This document shows positions 1 to 8,173 of a stretch of 64,000 bases of DNA, piece after piece. Source of the stretch: Myxococcales bacterium UBA1238. Its GTDB lineage: Bacteria > Myxococcota_A > Bradymonadia > UBA7976 > UBA1532. The position numbers and the translations under genes are program-made. The stretch lies in the NCBI GenBank assembly GCA_002309015.1, contig DBWM01000043.1, forward strand, positions 19,411 through 83,410, given 5' to 3'. The stretch's first letter is position 1, and each line of letters opens with the position of its first letter. A model generated the notes under the pieces. The model saw nothing but the letters and a program-made list of their open reading frames with translations, was not told the origin of the DNA and did not search any database.

Positions 1-266
1 GGCAGGGTCGTGATCCAGAGCAAGAGCGCGTTCAGCAGGAACGGAAAGACGACGCGCCAGAGTCCCAGGGTGAGCACGGTGACCAGGGTATTTCGCCCGA
101 TGATCCAGGTGCAAAACCGGCCGATGATGGCGCTCGCCACCGCAAAGATGGCGGCCGAAAAGATCGCATAGAGCGGTCTGTCGATCAGAATTTTATCTTT
201 TGCGAAGAGCTTTAAGCCCCAAAAGAGGGCAGCGATCAGCAAGACGTGAACGATAAAAGCAATCAA
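1..266 (-). CDS. Membrane protein, DUF360/PF04020-like ('4-TMS phage-holin' family); N-terminal part only, the 3' end runs off the window
   Basis: Not in the ORF track because it is open to position 1. Manual minus-strand translation from TTG 266..264 (GGAGG at 277..273, 6 nt upstream) gives LIAFIVHVLLIAALFWGLKLFAKDKILIDRPLYAIFSAAIFAVASAIIGRFCTWIIGRNTLVTVLTLGLWRVVFPFLLNALLLWITTL with no stop. It has hydrophobic helices, and the ..LTLGL....NALLLW.. pattern recalls YvlD-like proteins. Confidence 0.45.
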   Translation of the reverse strand, partial: MIAFIVHVLLIAALFWGLKLFAKDKILIDRPLYAIFSAAIFAVASAIIGRFCTWIIGRNTLVTVLTLGLWRVVFPFLLNALLLWITTL

Positions 267-970
267 GGCACACCTCCGTAAGCCATGCGTTCAACGATCA
301 ATCCCCCCAGGTCGCGCCCTGCGAGGATCAGGCAGCGGGAATCCAGGCCGCGATCGTCGGTTAAAAAGCGCAAGGTTTTGATTTGCAAATTTTGTTCCGC
401 AAAAGCCGTACAAACTGCGGCTAACCGATTGGAATCAAACAAAAAAATCGTTCTCCCCCGAGGATTTAAAGCGCGCGCTGCGGCGGCTGCAAAATCCCTC
501 AGGGTTCCATGTAACGCGTGGGTCGCGGCCGCTTTTTCGGGCATGCGGCTCTGTCGGCCCCAGCCTGGCTCATAAAAAGGCGGGTTCGAGATGACCAAAT
601 CGAACGCTCGTGGAGCGACAGGCATTTGCCGCACATCTGCGCAAACGGTCTGAACGTCTTTCAAAGCGGCCATCTTAAAGTTTCGCTGCGCCTGAGAAGC
701 CGATTCTGCCTGCAATTCCAGGCCAATACAGGGTCCCAGTTCCGGATAGATCGCTTTGAGCGCGAGCAGCAGCACGCCATTGCCGGTTCCCAAATCGAGC
801 ACGCGATCGCCAGGCCTTGCAGGGCAAAACCGCGCCAGATCGAACGCCCAGGGACAAGGCGAAAAGCCCTTTCGATTCGCGATCATCGCGCCCTGCCCCA
901 AGGGAACGAGCTGCTCGCCCGCCTTCAACTCCACCTGAGCTTCCTTTAAGAGATCGTCAAAGCATCTCAT
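263..970 (-). CDS. SAM-dependent N6-adenine-type methyltransferase (TrmN6/YfiC-like 'methyltransferase small' family)
   Basis: 235-aa ORF with the SAM-binding loop VLDLGTGNG and the catalytic NPPF motif (VISNPPFYEPG). It overlaps the upstream prmC by 4 nt. Confidence 0.6.
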   Translation of the reverse strand: MRCFDDLLKEAQVELKAGEQLVPLGQGAMIANRKGFSPCPWAFDLARFCPARPGDRVLDLGTGNGVLLLALKAIYPELGPCIGLELQAESASQAQRNFKMAALKDVQTVCADVRQMPVAPRAFDLVISNPPFYEPGWGRQSRMPEKAAATHALHGTLRDFAAAAARALNPRGRTIFLFDSNRLAAVCTAFAEQNLQIKTLRFLTDDRGLDSRCLILAGRDLGGLIVERMAYGGVP

Positions 971-1836
971 GCATCTGTCCGAATGGCTGTAATAAAGCGA
1001 TCCTGCTTTGCGTAGTCCTTATGGATCTCGACTTCCTTTAACTCTTTGTAATTTAAGCAAATTTCAGAAGCCGATGGGCCCTGGTCGTAACCGATTTCAA
1101 AGATCAGAAGGCCGCCTGGCTTTAAGTGATCGATCGCCTGCGGCACGAGCTTTCGGATGCAATCCAGGCCGTCGGGACCGCCGTCCAATGCCAGAAGGGG
1201 CTCATATTGCTGCACATCGGGCATGAGCGTCGGGATCACATCCGATGCGATGTAAGGCGGGTTTGAGATGATCACATCGAAGAGCCCTTCCGCCTTTTCG
1301 AGCAAGTCGCTTTTTACAAAATCTGATTTAATGTTGAGCAGTTGAGCGTTCTTTTGGGCGACTTCGAGGGCCTCTTCCGAAACATCAAAACCGATGCATT
1401 CTGCCGTCTTGCATTCGTCCGCCAGGGTGAGGGCGATGCAGCCTGAACCGGTACCCACATCGGCAATGCGCGGATCGATGTGATCTTTAAGCCATTTTAA
1501 CACATATTCGATCAGTTCTTCTGTCTCTGGGCGGGGGATCAGTACGCGGTTATCGACGTAGAAATCATGCTGCCAGAAGCCGCGGCTGTTCAGGATATGG
1601 GCCACCGGTTCGAACTGAGCGCGCCGCTGAACGTAAGATCGAATGAGCGCCCGTTCAGACTCATTTACGGGTCGATCAAAATCGCGATAGAGCCCGATGC
1701 GATCGAGCCCCACCGCGTGAGCGATCAGAAGCTCCGCGTCTAACCGATGAGAATCTATGCCTTTTTTTGAAAAATATTCAGAAGTCCACTGAAGGATTGA
1801 GCGAAGGGTCCAGACCTGTTGCATGGCGCACCGCAA
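967..1836 (-). CDS. prmC: Peptide chain release factor N5-glutamine methyltransferase (PrmC/HemK)
   Basis: 289 aa with the typical HemK N-terminal helical domain, VGTGSGCIAL SAM loop and NPPY motif (IISNPPYIASD). Confidence 0.85.
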   Translation of the reverse strand: MRCAMQQVWTLRSILQWTSEYFSKKGIDSHRLDAELLIAHAVGLDRIGLYRDFDRPVNESERALIRSYVQRRAQFEPVAHILNSRGFWQHDFYVDNRVLIPRPETEELIEYVLKWLKDHIDPRIADVGTGSGCIALTLADECKTAECIGFDVSEEALEVAQKNAQLLNIKSDFVKSDLLEKAEGLFDVIISNPPYIASDVIPTLMPDVQQYEPLLALDGGPDGLDCIRKLVPQAIDHLKPGGLLIFEIGYDQGPSASEICLNYKELKEVEIHKDYAKQDRFITAIRTDA

Positions 1837-1904
1837 AAAAAATCCGGCTCAAAAGAGCATGCCCGCCTGCGGCCGTCAAGAGCGATATTTGTGATGGGAT
1901 GTGA

Positions 1905-2204
1905 TCAATGTATCGTAGGATGCGCCGCCATCAGATGCGAATCGAGCACCCTGAAATACATGAATACGATGAGATCGAGCGTCGATTCCGGCAAAGCGTT
2001 GATGTAATGCATGCGATCCGCGCTGCCAGAGATGTTGCGCAATGTCTTTAAAGCGGAATGTGCATCCAGCAGACCGGATTCGTTGATGAGATCGCGATCC
2101 AGATGCTCAAAAGCCCTGCGAATCGAACTCGATTCAAACAGAGGATGACTGCCGCGCAAACCTGCATCGATCAAATCTGATGAAATACCATTGAGCTGAG
2201 CCAT
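1905..2204 (-). CDS. Hypothetical small protein
   Basis: 99-aa ORF on the same strand as its neighbours prmC and dapB. No recognisable motif; the sequence looks helical. Coding status is uncertain. Confidence 0.35.
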   Translation of the reverse strand: MAQLNGISSDLIDAGLRGSHPLFESSSIRRAFEHLDRDLINESGLLDAHSALKTLRNISGSADRMHYINALPESTLDLIVFMYFRVLDSHLMAAHPTIH

Positions 2205-2297
2205 ATGATTTTTATCGATCCTATGAAGTCGAACTCACCCGTTAAACGTACGAATCTTCCGCAGAAGCTGCAAATTTTTTATTTAACTCCGCTCATA

Positions 2298-3035
2298 TCA
2301 AAGGTTTTTTAAAAGATGAGCTAAGAGGTCGTTCATGCCATAAACGCCGGGTGACTGCGTTTTGACCCATCGGGCCGCCCTGAGCGCGCCTTGCGCAAAG
2401 ATGCCTCGATCGGTCGCGCGATGGGTCAGTTCGATGCGTTCGCCCTCACCCAAAAAATACACCGTGTGTTCGCCGGTCACATCGCCGCCTCGCAATGCAG
2501 CGACGCCGATCTCCTGCGGTTGCCTGGGATGGCCCGCGCCCCATCGGGGAGAAGACAGGATCTCGCGATCCTTTGCGACTGCTGTGATGGCTTGCGCCAG
2601 TTGCAGCGCCGTTCCGCTCGGTGCGTCCGCCTTGCGCTTGTGGTGGAGCTCGGCAATTTCGATGTCGAAGTCTTCGAGCATGCAGGCCGCGCGTCGCGAA
2701 AGATCGGCTAACACCGCGATTCCTAAGCTAAAATTGGAGCTTATAAATACGGGTCGTTGCCTGGCCAGAGCGCAAATCGCTTCGGTTTGAGCTTCCGTTC
2801 GTCCCGTCACGCCGGTCACCAGCGCGGCCTTGCTCTGTTCCAGATGCGCCAGCAAATCTTCCGTCGCCGAAGCGAGCGAAAAATCGATGACCACGTCGCA
2901 GTCTTTAAAAGCATCCAGGGAGGCCGACTGGTGATCGATGCCTGCGCGAAGCTGAAAATCCGCAAACTGAGGCAAAAGCGCCTGAATGCATCGCCCCATC
3001 CGGCCGTTGGCGCCAAAAATCCCTAATGAAATCAT
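2298..3035 (-). CDS. dapB: 4-hydroxy-tetrahydrodipicolinate reductase
   Basis: 245 aa with the N-terminal Rossmann motif GIFGANGRMG and the DapB signature ELHHKRKADAPSGTA. It overlaps dapA by 4 nt. Confidence 0.9.
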   Translation of the reverse strand: MISLGIFGANGRMGRCIQALLPQFADFQLRAGIDHQSASLDAFKDCDVVIDFSLASATEDLLAHLEQSKAALVTGVTGRTEAQTEAICALARQRPVFISSNFSLGIAVLADLSRRAACMLEDFDIEIAELHHKRKADAPSGTALQLAQAITAVAKDREILSSPRWGAGHPRQPQEIGVAALRGGDVTGEHTVYFLGEGERIELTHRATDRGIFAQGALRAARWVKTQSPGVYGMNDLLAHLLKNL

Positions 3036-3910
3036 GCGAGTTTAAGCTCCACGTCGTTGCAGATCTGGAGGAGTTTTTCTTTGGTCGTTTCGCCCGGCTC
3101 CACCAGCGGAAGGCGCATTTCGGGTTTCATGCTGTCATATTGATGAGACATCACCCATTTAACGGGACCAGGGCTGGTCTCAATAAACAGGCCCTGAAGC
3201 AGCGGCAAAAAGCGCAAATGCAGCGCCCGTGCGGTATTCCAGTCGCCTTTTTGGGCCGCCTCATACATCTGCACCATCTCTTTCGGAATCACATTCGATG
3301 CTACAGAAATGACACCCTGTCCCCCTAACGCGTAGAGCGTAAAGGCGGTCGCATCGTCGCCCGAAATCAACAAAAAGTCCTTGTCGCAGGCGCGTTTAAT
3401 CTGACCGGCAAAGGTCATGTTGCCGGTCGCTTCTTTGATGCCCACGATGTTTTCAACCTGGCTCAGGCGCGCGATGGTTTCAACCGCAAGGGAGCATCCG
3501 GTGCGTGAAGGGACGTTGTAAAGGATGATGGGCCAGGGAGAAACGGCTTTTGCGATGGCCGAAAAATGCTGAAAGAGGCCTTCCTGGGTGGGCTTGTTGT
3601 AATAGGGGGTGACCGCAAGGCCCGCGTTTGCGCCCAAATCCCGCGCTTTTTTCGCCAGTTGAATCGTCTGCTCGGTCTCGTTGGTGCCGATGCCTGCGAT
3701 GACGGGGCATTTCACCTTCTTCAGGATCGCTTTTAAGACCTGCTCGCGCTCTTCCAGGTTCATCGTGGCCGCTTCCCCGGTGGTTGCGCAGGCGACGATG
3801 CCGTGAACATGGGCCTCCATCTGGCGCTCCAGGATCGCATCCAGGGTGACAAAATCGATTTTCTTTTGAGCAAAGGGTGTGACGAGGGCGGTATAAACAC
3901 CGTTAAACAT
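3032..3910 (-). CDS. dapA: 4-hydroxy-tetrahydrodipicolinate synthase
   Basis: 292 aa with GVYTALVTPF, TTGEAATM and TPYYNKP motifs typical of DapA. It lies immediately upstream of dapB. Confidence 0.9.
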   Translation of the reverse strand: MFNGVYTALVTPFAQKKIDFVTLDAILERQMEAHVHGIVACATTGEAATMNLEEREQVLKAILKKVKCPVIAGIGTNETEQTIQLAKKARDLGANAGLAVTPYYNKPTQEGLFQHFSAIAKAVSPWPIILYNVPSRTGCSLAVETIARLSQVENIVGIKEATGNMTFAGQIKRACDKDFLLISGDDATAFTLYALGGQGVISVASNVIPKEMVQMYEAAQKGDWNTARALHLRFLPLLQGLFIETSPGPVKWVMSHQYDSMKPEMRLPLVEPGETTKEKLLQICNDVELKLA

Positions 3911-4130
3911 GAACGAACTCCGCTTTCAAAACAGCGCAACCATTGAAGAACATTAAATTTTTTGTTCTTTTCGGGTTGCGCATCCGGTTGAAATTCAACT
4001 TTAATTATACTGAATTAAAGATGCGTTCATACTCATTTTTGAAGACCATTTTTTTCAAAGGGGACAGTTGACGATCTTTAAGGCTATAGGTAAAAACAGA
4101 AAATTTTTTCTGCGCATTTGAGAGGCGGCC

Positions 4131-5372
4131 GTGACTCAGGAAATTACCGAAAGCTTCATTCGCGATCTTCCCAAAACCGATTTGCATGTCCATCTGGACG
4201 GTTCGATCCGCATCAACACGCTGATCGAGCTTGCGCGCGATTATTCAGTAGAATTGCCCAGTTATACCGAAGAAGGTCTCCGCGAGCTGGTCTTCAAGGA
4301 CCGCTACGAAAACCTCGTCGAGTATCTGGCGGGATTTGCTTACACGGGCGCGGTTTTGCAGAGCGAGGTGGCGCTCGAGCGCTGCGCTTACGAGTTCGGC
4401 GTCGACAACTATTCCGAAGGCGTGCGCTATTTTGAGGTCCGCTTCGCGCCTCAGCAGCATATCCACGAATATCTGAACTGCCTGACGGTTTTGCGCGCCG
4501 TCGACCGCGGCTTAAAGCGCGCGCGCGACGAATTCAATAAGCGTCCCGAGGTCATTTCGGGGGCCGAACCGCATTACGAGTACGGCATCATCGTTTGCGC
4601 GATGCGCATGTTCAACGAGCATTTCAGCGAGTACTACCGCAACCTGATCCGCGTCCATCAGCATGCCCCCATCAAAGAGATTTTTGGCCTGGCATCGCTG
4701 GAGTTAGCGCGCGCATCGGTATCAGCCCGAAACGAATACGGCATCCCGATCGTCGGCTTTGACTTGGCCGGCGCCGAAGCGGGTTATCCGCCGGACGATC
4801 ACATCGCGGCTTACAGCTATGTGCACAAAAACTTTATGAAAAAGACGGTGCACGCGGGCGAGGCCTATGGTCCCGAAAGCATTTTCCAGGCGATCACCGA
4901 TCTGCACGCCGACCGCATCGGTCACGGCACCCATCTGCTCGATCCCAATGAAATCCGCGATCCTGAAATCAAAGACCGCGAAGCCTATGTCCAGCAGCTC
5001 AGCGAATATATTGCGGATCGCCGGATCACCCTCGAAGTCTGCCTGACGAGCAACATCCAGACCACGCCTCACATCAAGTCGCTTCAGGATCATCCCTTCG
5101 CGACCTTCCGCAAACATCGCCTTTCGACCACCCTCTGCACCGACAACCGGACGGTCAGCAACACGACGATGACCCACGAGCTTCTGATGGCCTGCGAGGA
5201 GTTAGGGCTCACGCGGAGCGATTTGAAGTCGACGATCGTTTACGGTTTTAAGCGCAGCTTCATGCCGGGCACCTATCTCGAAAAGCGTAAGTATGTGCGC
5301 GAAATCATTAACTATTACGAAAAGATCGAATGCGATTACTACGGTGAGAACGGCCGTTCCAGCACGCTTTGA
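4131..5372 (+). CDS. add: Adenosine/AMP deaminase family metallohydrolase
   Basis: 413 aa with LPKTDLHVHLDGS (HxHxD metal site), the HAGE motif and a LCTDNRTVS C-terminal Asp site. GTG start, with GAGAGG a few nt upstream. It is longer than E. coli Add. Confidence 0.75.
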   Translation: MTQEITESFIRDLPKTDLHVHLDGSIRINTLIELARDYSVELPSYTEEGLRELVFKDRYENLVEYLAGFAYTGAVLQSEVALERCAYEFGVDNYSEGVRYFEVRFAPQQHIHEYLNCLTVLRAVDRGLKRARDEFNKRPEVISGAEPHYEYGIIVCAMRMFNEHFSEYYRNLIRVHQHAPIKEIFGLASLELARASVSARNEYGIPIVGFDLAGAEAGYPPDDHIAAYSYVHKNFMKKTVHAGEAYGPESIFQAITDLHADRIGHGTHLLDPNEIRDPEIKDREAYVQQLSEYIADRRITLEVCLTSNIQTTPHIKSLQDHPFATFRKHRLSTTLCTDNRTVSNTTMTHELLMACEELGLTRSDLKSTIVYGFKRSFMPGTYLEKRKYVREIINYYEKIECDYYGENGRSSTL

Positions 5373-5434
5373 TGGGGCGCTTTTTAAGAGCGCTCCCCTC
5401 CTTTCCTCTCTTCTGACTCGTTATCGGAATTCTC

Positions 5435-7129
5435 ATGCTTGAAACCATCAGCAAGGGCTTTCGCGCGGTTAAGCATCGCTTTCAGGGCAAGCGCGAACTG
5501 ACCGCCGAAAATATTGAAGAAGCTTTGCGCGACATCCGCGTATCGCTGCTCGAAGCCGACGTCGATTTTAAGGTGGTGCGCAGCTTTATCGCTGCCGTCA
5601 AAGACAAGGCGCTGGGCGAAGTGGTCCGCGTCAAGGCCGGCGACAAACAGGTCACCCCGGGCGACCATTTCATCAAGATCTGCCATGACGAGCTCGAAGC
5701 GCTCATGGGGCCCGTCGACACCAGCCTCACGTTTGCGGCGGGCATCACCAAGATCATGATGATCGGTCTGCAGGGCTCGGGCAAAACCACCACCTGCGGT
5801 AAGTTGGCGTTATATTTAAAGAATCAGGGCCGAAAGCCCTTGATGGTGGCCGGCGATATTTACCGTCCCGCCGCAATCCAGCAGCTCAAGATTTTGGGTG
5901 AACGTCTGGATGTGCCCGTATTTTCAGAAGAAAATCAAACGCCACCCAATATCTGCGCGCATGCCCTCGATTACGCCAAACAGCGGGGCTGCGATGTGGT
6001 GCTCTTCGATACCGCCGGCCGTCTGGCCATCGACGAAGAGCTGATGCTCGAACTGAGCGAAATTAAAAAGCAAACCAAGCCCGAAAACGTGATTTTGGTG
6101 GTCGATTCGATGATCGGCCAGGACGCGGTGCGCACGGCTTCCACCTTCGACGAGCGCATCGGCATCAGCGGGTTTGTGGTCACCAAGCTCGACGGCGACG
6201 CGCGCGGCGGTGCAGCGCTCTCGATCAAGACGGTCACGGGCAAGCCGATCAAATTCCTGGGTATGGGCGAAAACCTCGATGGGCTCGAGGAATTCCGCCC
6301 CGAAGGCCTCGCCAGCCGCATCATGGGCTTCGGCGATATCGTCGGCCTGGTCAACGATTTTGAAAAGGTGGTCGACGAGGAGCAGGCCGCAAAGGACGCG
6401 CGCAAACTGCTCTCGGGCCGCTTCGACATGTGGGACTTCTTAGAGCAAATCCGCACCATCCGCAAAATGGGATCTCTGCGCGATCTCTTTGAAAAGCTTC
6501 CGTTTTTTGGCGACGGGCTCCCCGAAGGCATCGATATCGACGACAAAGCGCTGGTGCGCATCGAGGCGATGATCCAATCGATGACCAAAGAAGAGCGGCG
6601 CAATCCCGACGTGATCGAGCGCGAAAAGCGCAGGGCTCAACGCATCGCGCGCGGTTGCGGTCAGCCTTTGGATGAGGTGATGGCCCTCGTGACGCGCTTT
6701 AAGGCGATGCGCAAGGTGATGGGCGCCCTCGGTGCGACCAACGGCGGCTTCCTGTCCAGGCTCCCTGGTTTCAAGCAAATTGCACAGTTAAAGCAGCTCA
6801 AGAGCATGAATCTGGGCGAGATCTTTGGCCAGATGGGCGGCGGTGCGCCGGCGGGGCTTGGCGGCGGAGGACTCGGAGGACTCGGCGGACTCGGCGGAAT
6901 GCCCGGTCTTGGAGGCCTCGGCGGTTTAGGCGGATTCGGTGGCATGCCTGGGATGCAAAACCCTCAGGATATTCACGACTTACTGCCCGGATTGCCCAAG
7001 GGCTACATGCCTCCCGGGATGCCGGGGATGCCGCGCAAGCCTTCGACTCAAAACGCGAATGCCAAGAAGAAATCGCGCGATAAGAACAAGCAGGCGAGTG
7101 CCAATCGCAAAAAGCAGCATAAAAAGTGA
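5435..7129 (+). CDS. ffh: Signal recognition particle protein Ffh, with an unusually long Gly-rich and basic C-terminal tail
   Basis: 564 aa. N domain, then G domain (GLQGSGKTTTCGKLA, DTAGR, TKLDGDARGG), then M domain, then a (GLGG)n tract and a Lys-rich end. Confidence 0.95.
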   Translation: MLETISKGFRAVKHRFQGKRELTAENIEEALRDIRVSLLEADVDFKVVRSFIAAVKDKALGEVVRVKAGDKQVTPGDHFIKICHDELEALMGPVDTSLTFAAGITKIMMIGLQGSGKTTTCGKLALYLKNQGRKPLMVAGDIYRPAAIQQLKILGERLDVPVFSEENQTPPNICAHALDYAKQRGCDVVLFDTAGRLAIDEELMLELSEIKKQTKPENVILVVDSMIGQDAVRTASTFDERIGISGFVVTKLDGDARGGAALSIKTVTGKPIKFLGMGENLDGLEEFRPEGLASRIMGFGDIVGLVNDFEKVVDEEQAAKDARKLLSGRFDMWDFLEQIRTIRKMGSLRDLFEKLPFFGDGLPEGIDIDDKALVRIEAMIQSMTKEERRNPDVIEREKRRAQRIARGCGQPLDEVMALVTRFKAMRKVMGALGATNGGFLSRLPGFKQIAQLKQLKSMNLGEIFGQMGGGAPAGLGGGGLGGLGGLGGMPGLGGLGGLGGFGGMPGMQNPQDIHDLLPGLPKGYMPPGMPGMPRKPSTQNANAKKKSRDKNKQASANRKKQHKK

Positions 7130-7141
7130 TCGCTTGGGCGT

Positions 7142-8116
7142 ATGGAAGACTGTGACAAGACAGAGGGTGAAGGCGTTCCCGTTGATGACGCTCAACCTGT
7201 TGATTTTAAAAACAAAAATGTGAGTGAAATCCATTGCGCCGATCACCCCGATCGCCCTGCTGTCGCACGATGTGTCCAATGCGGCCGAACGCTTTGCGAA
7301 GCCTGCCGAAACCAGAACGAACTCGGTTTAAGCGTTTGCCCCGAATGCGCTTCTCGCCCTCAGTCAGCCGTCAGTGAGTCCCAAAACGAGACAGAGGCTG
7401 AGGTCGAAGGCGAGCCTCAGGATCCGAAAGAGGGCATCCGCGGCGATTCACTGCCGCCCAAATCGGCGCAGGTCTTGTTGCAGCGACTGCTCCTGGAGCA
7501 AGCGGCCCGGCAGGAATGGCGCAAAAACTGCATCGAATGGGAAAACCCGACGCCCCGAAGCGATGGGGCCGCTTTTTTAAAAACCTGCCTCGCCGCTTTT
7601 TTAACGCCCATGCAGTTTATGAGCCGGGTGCCCTGGGTCAGGCGGGATTTGCGCTCGCCGCTCTGTTTTGCGCTGCTCTGCGGCTCGGTGGGGCAAATGG
7701 CCGTCACTTTGCAGGCTCTGCGCGGCAGTGACTGGCTTCAGATGGCGGGTGGTTATCCCGCCGAGTTGTCGCGATCGATGGTGTTGCTGTCGCTCTGCGT
7801 GGCGCCCCTCATGCTTTGCGTAAAGCTGATTCTGGAATCGGGGCTGGCGCATTTTTGCCTGCGCGCATCAGGAATGACGAAGCGGCCATTTGAGTCCACA
7901 TTTCGCGCATTTGCGTACGCTCAGGTCTCCTGGATGGCCATGCTTTTGCCCGCGATTGGCGGCTTTGTGCAGAGCTTCTTTTTAATCTTTTTGATTCTAA
8001 ACGGCATTCGCAATGCGCATCGGGCGGGGCTCAGTGCAGGCCTCCTGGCGCTTTTGCCGATGGTTTTGCTCGAAGGGTTTGCGCAAACCTTCCTGCAACA
8101 CTTTATGCTGACGTAA
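7142..8116 (+). CDS. Membrane protein: N-terminal B-box-like zinc ribbon plus C-terminal Yip1-like multi-pass domain
   Basis: 324 aa. The segment CADHPDRPAVARCVQCGRTLCEACR...CPEC is a Cys/His zinc-finger pattern. The C-terminal ~170 aa contains 4-5 hydrophobic helices. It starts 12 nt after the ffh stop. Confidence 0.55.
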   Translation: MEDCDKTEGEGVPVDDAQPVDFKNKNVSEIHCADHPDRPAVARCVQCGRTLCEACRNQNELGLSVCPECASRPQSAVSESQNETEAEVEGEPQDPKEGIRGDSLPPKSAQVLLQRLLLEQAARQEWRKNCIEWENPTPRSDGAAFLKTCLAAFLTPMQFMSRVPWVRRDLRSPLCFALLCGSVGQMAVTLQALRGSDWLQMAGGYPAELSRSMVLLSLCVAPLMLCVKLILESGLAHFCLRASGMTKRPFESTFRAFAYAQVSWMAMLLPAIGGFVQSFFLIFLILNGIRNAHRAGLSAGLLALLPMVLLEGFAQTFLQHFMLT

Positions 8117-8173
8117 GTTGCAAGCACTCAAACAGCTGTCCTACAGTGTACCGTCGCTTTTTTGGAGGTCACC

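Noticed and set aside
5971-6603. Long antisense or alternative-frame ORFs within ffh (5971..6603), pepN (45291..45941), hisS (50089..50796) and nagZ (13995..14579, 14084..14581)
   Set aside because: Each overlaps a gene with unambiguous family motifs. Their translations are Ser/Arg/Pro-rich, low-complexity sequences typical of off-frame GC-rich DNA.
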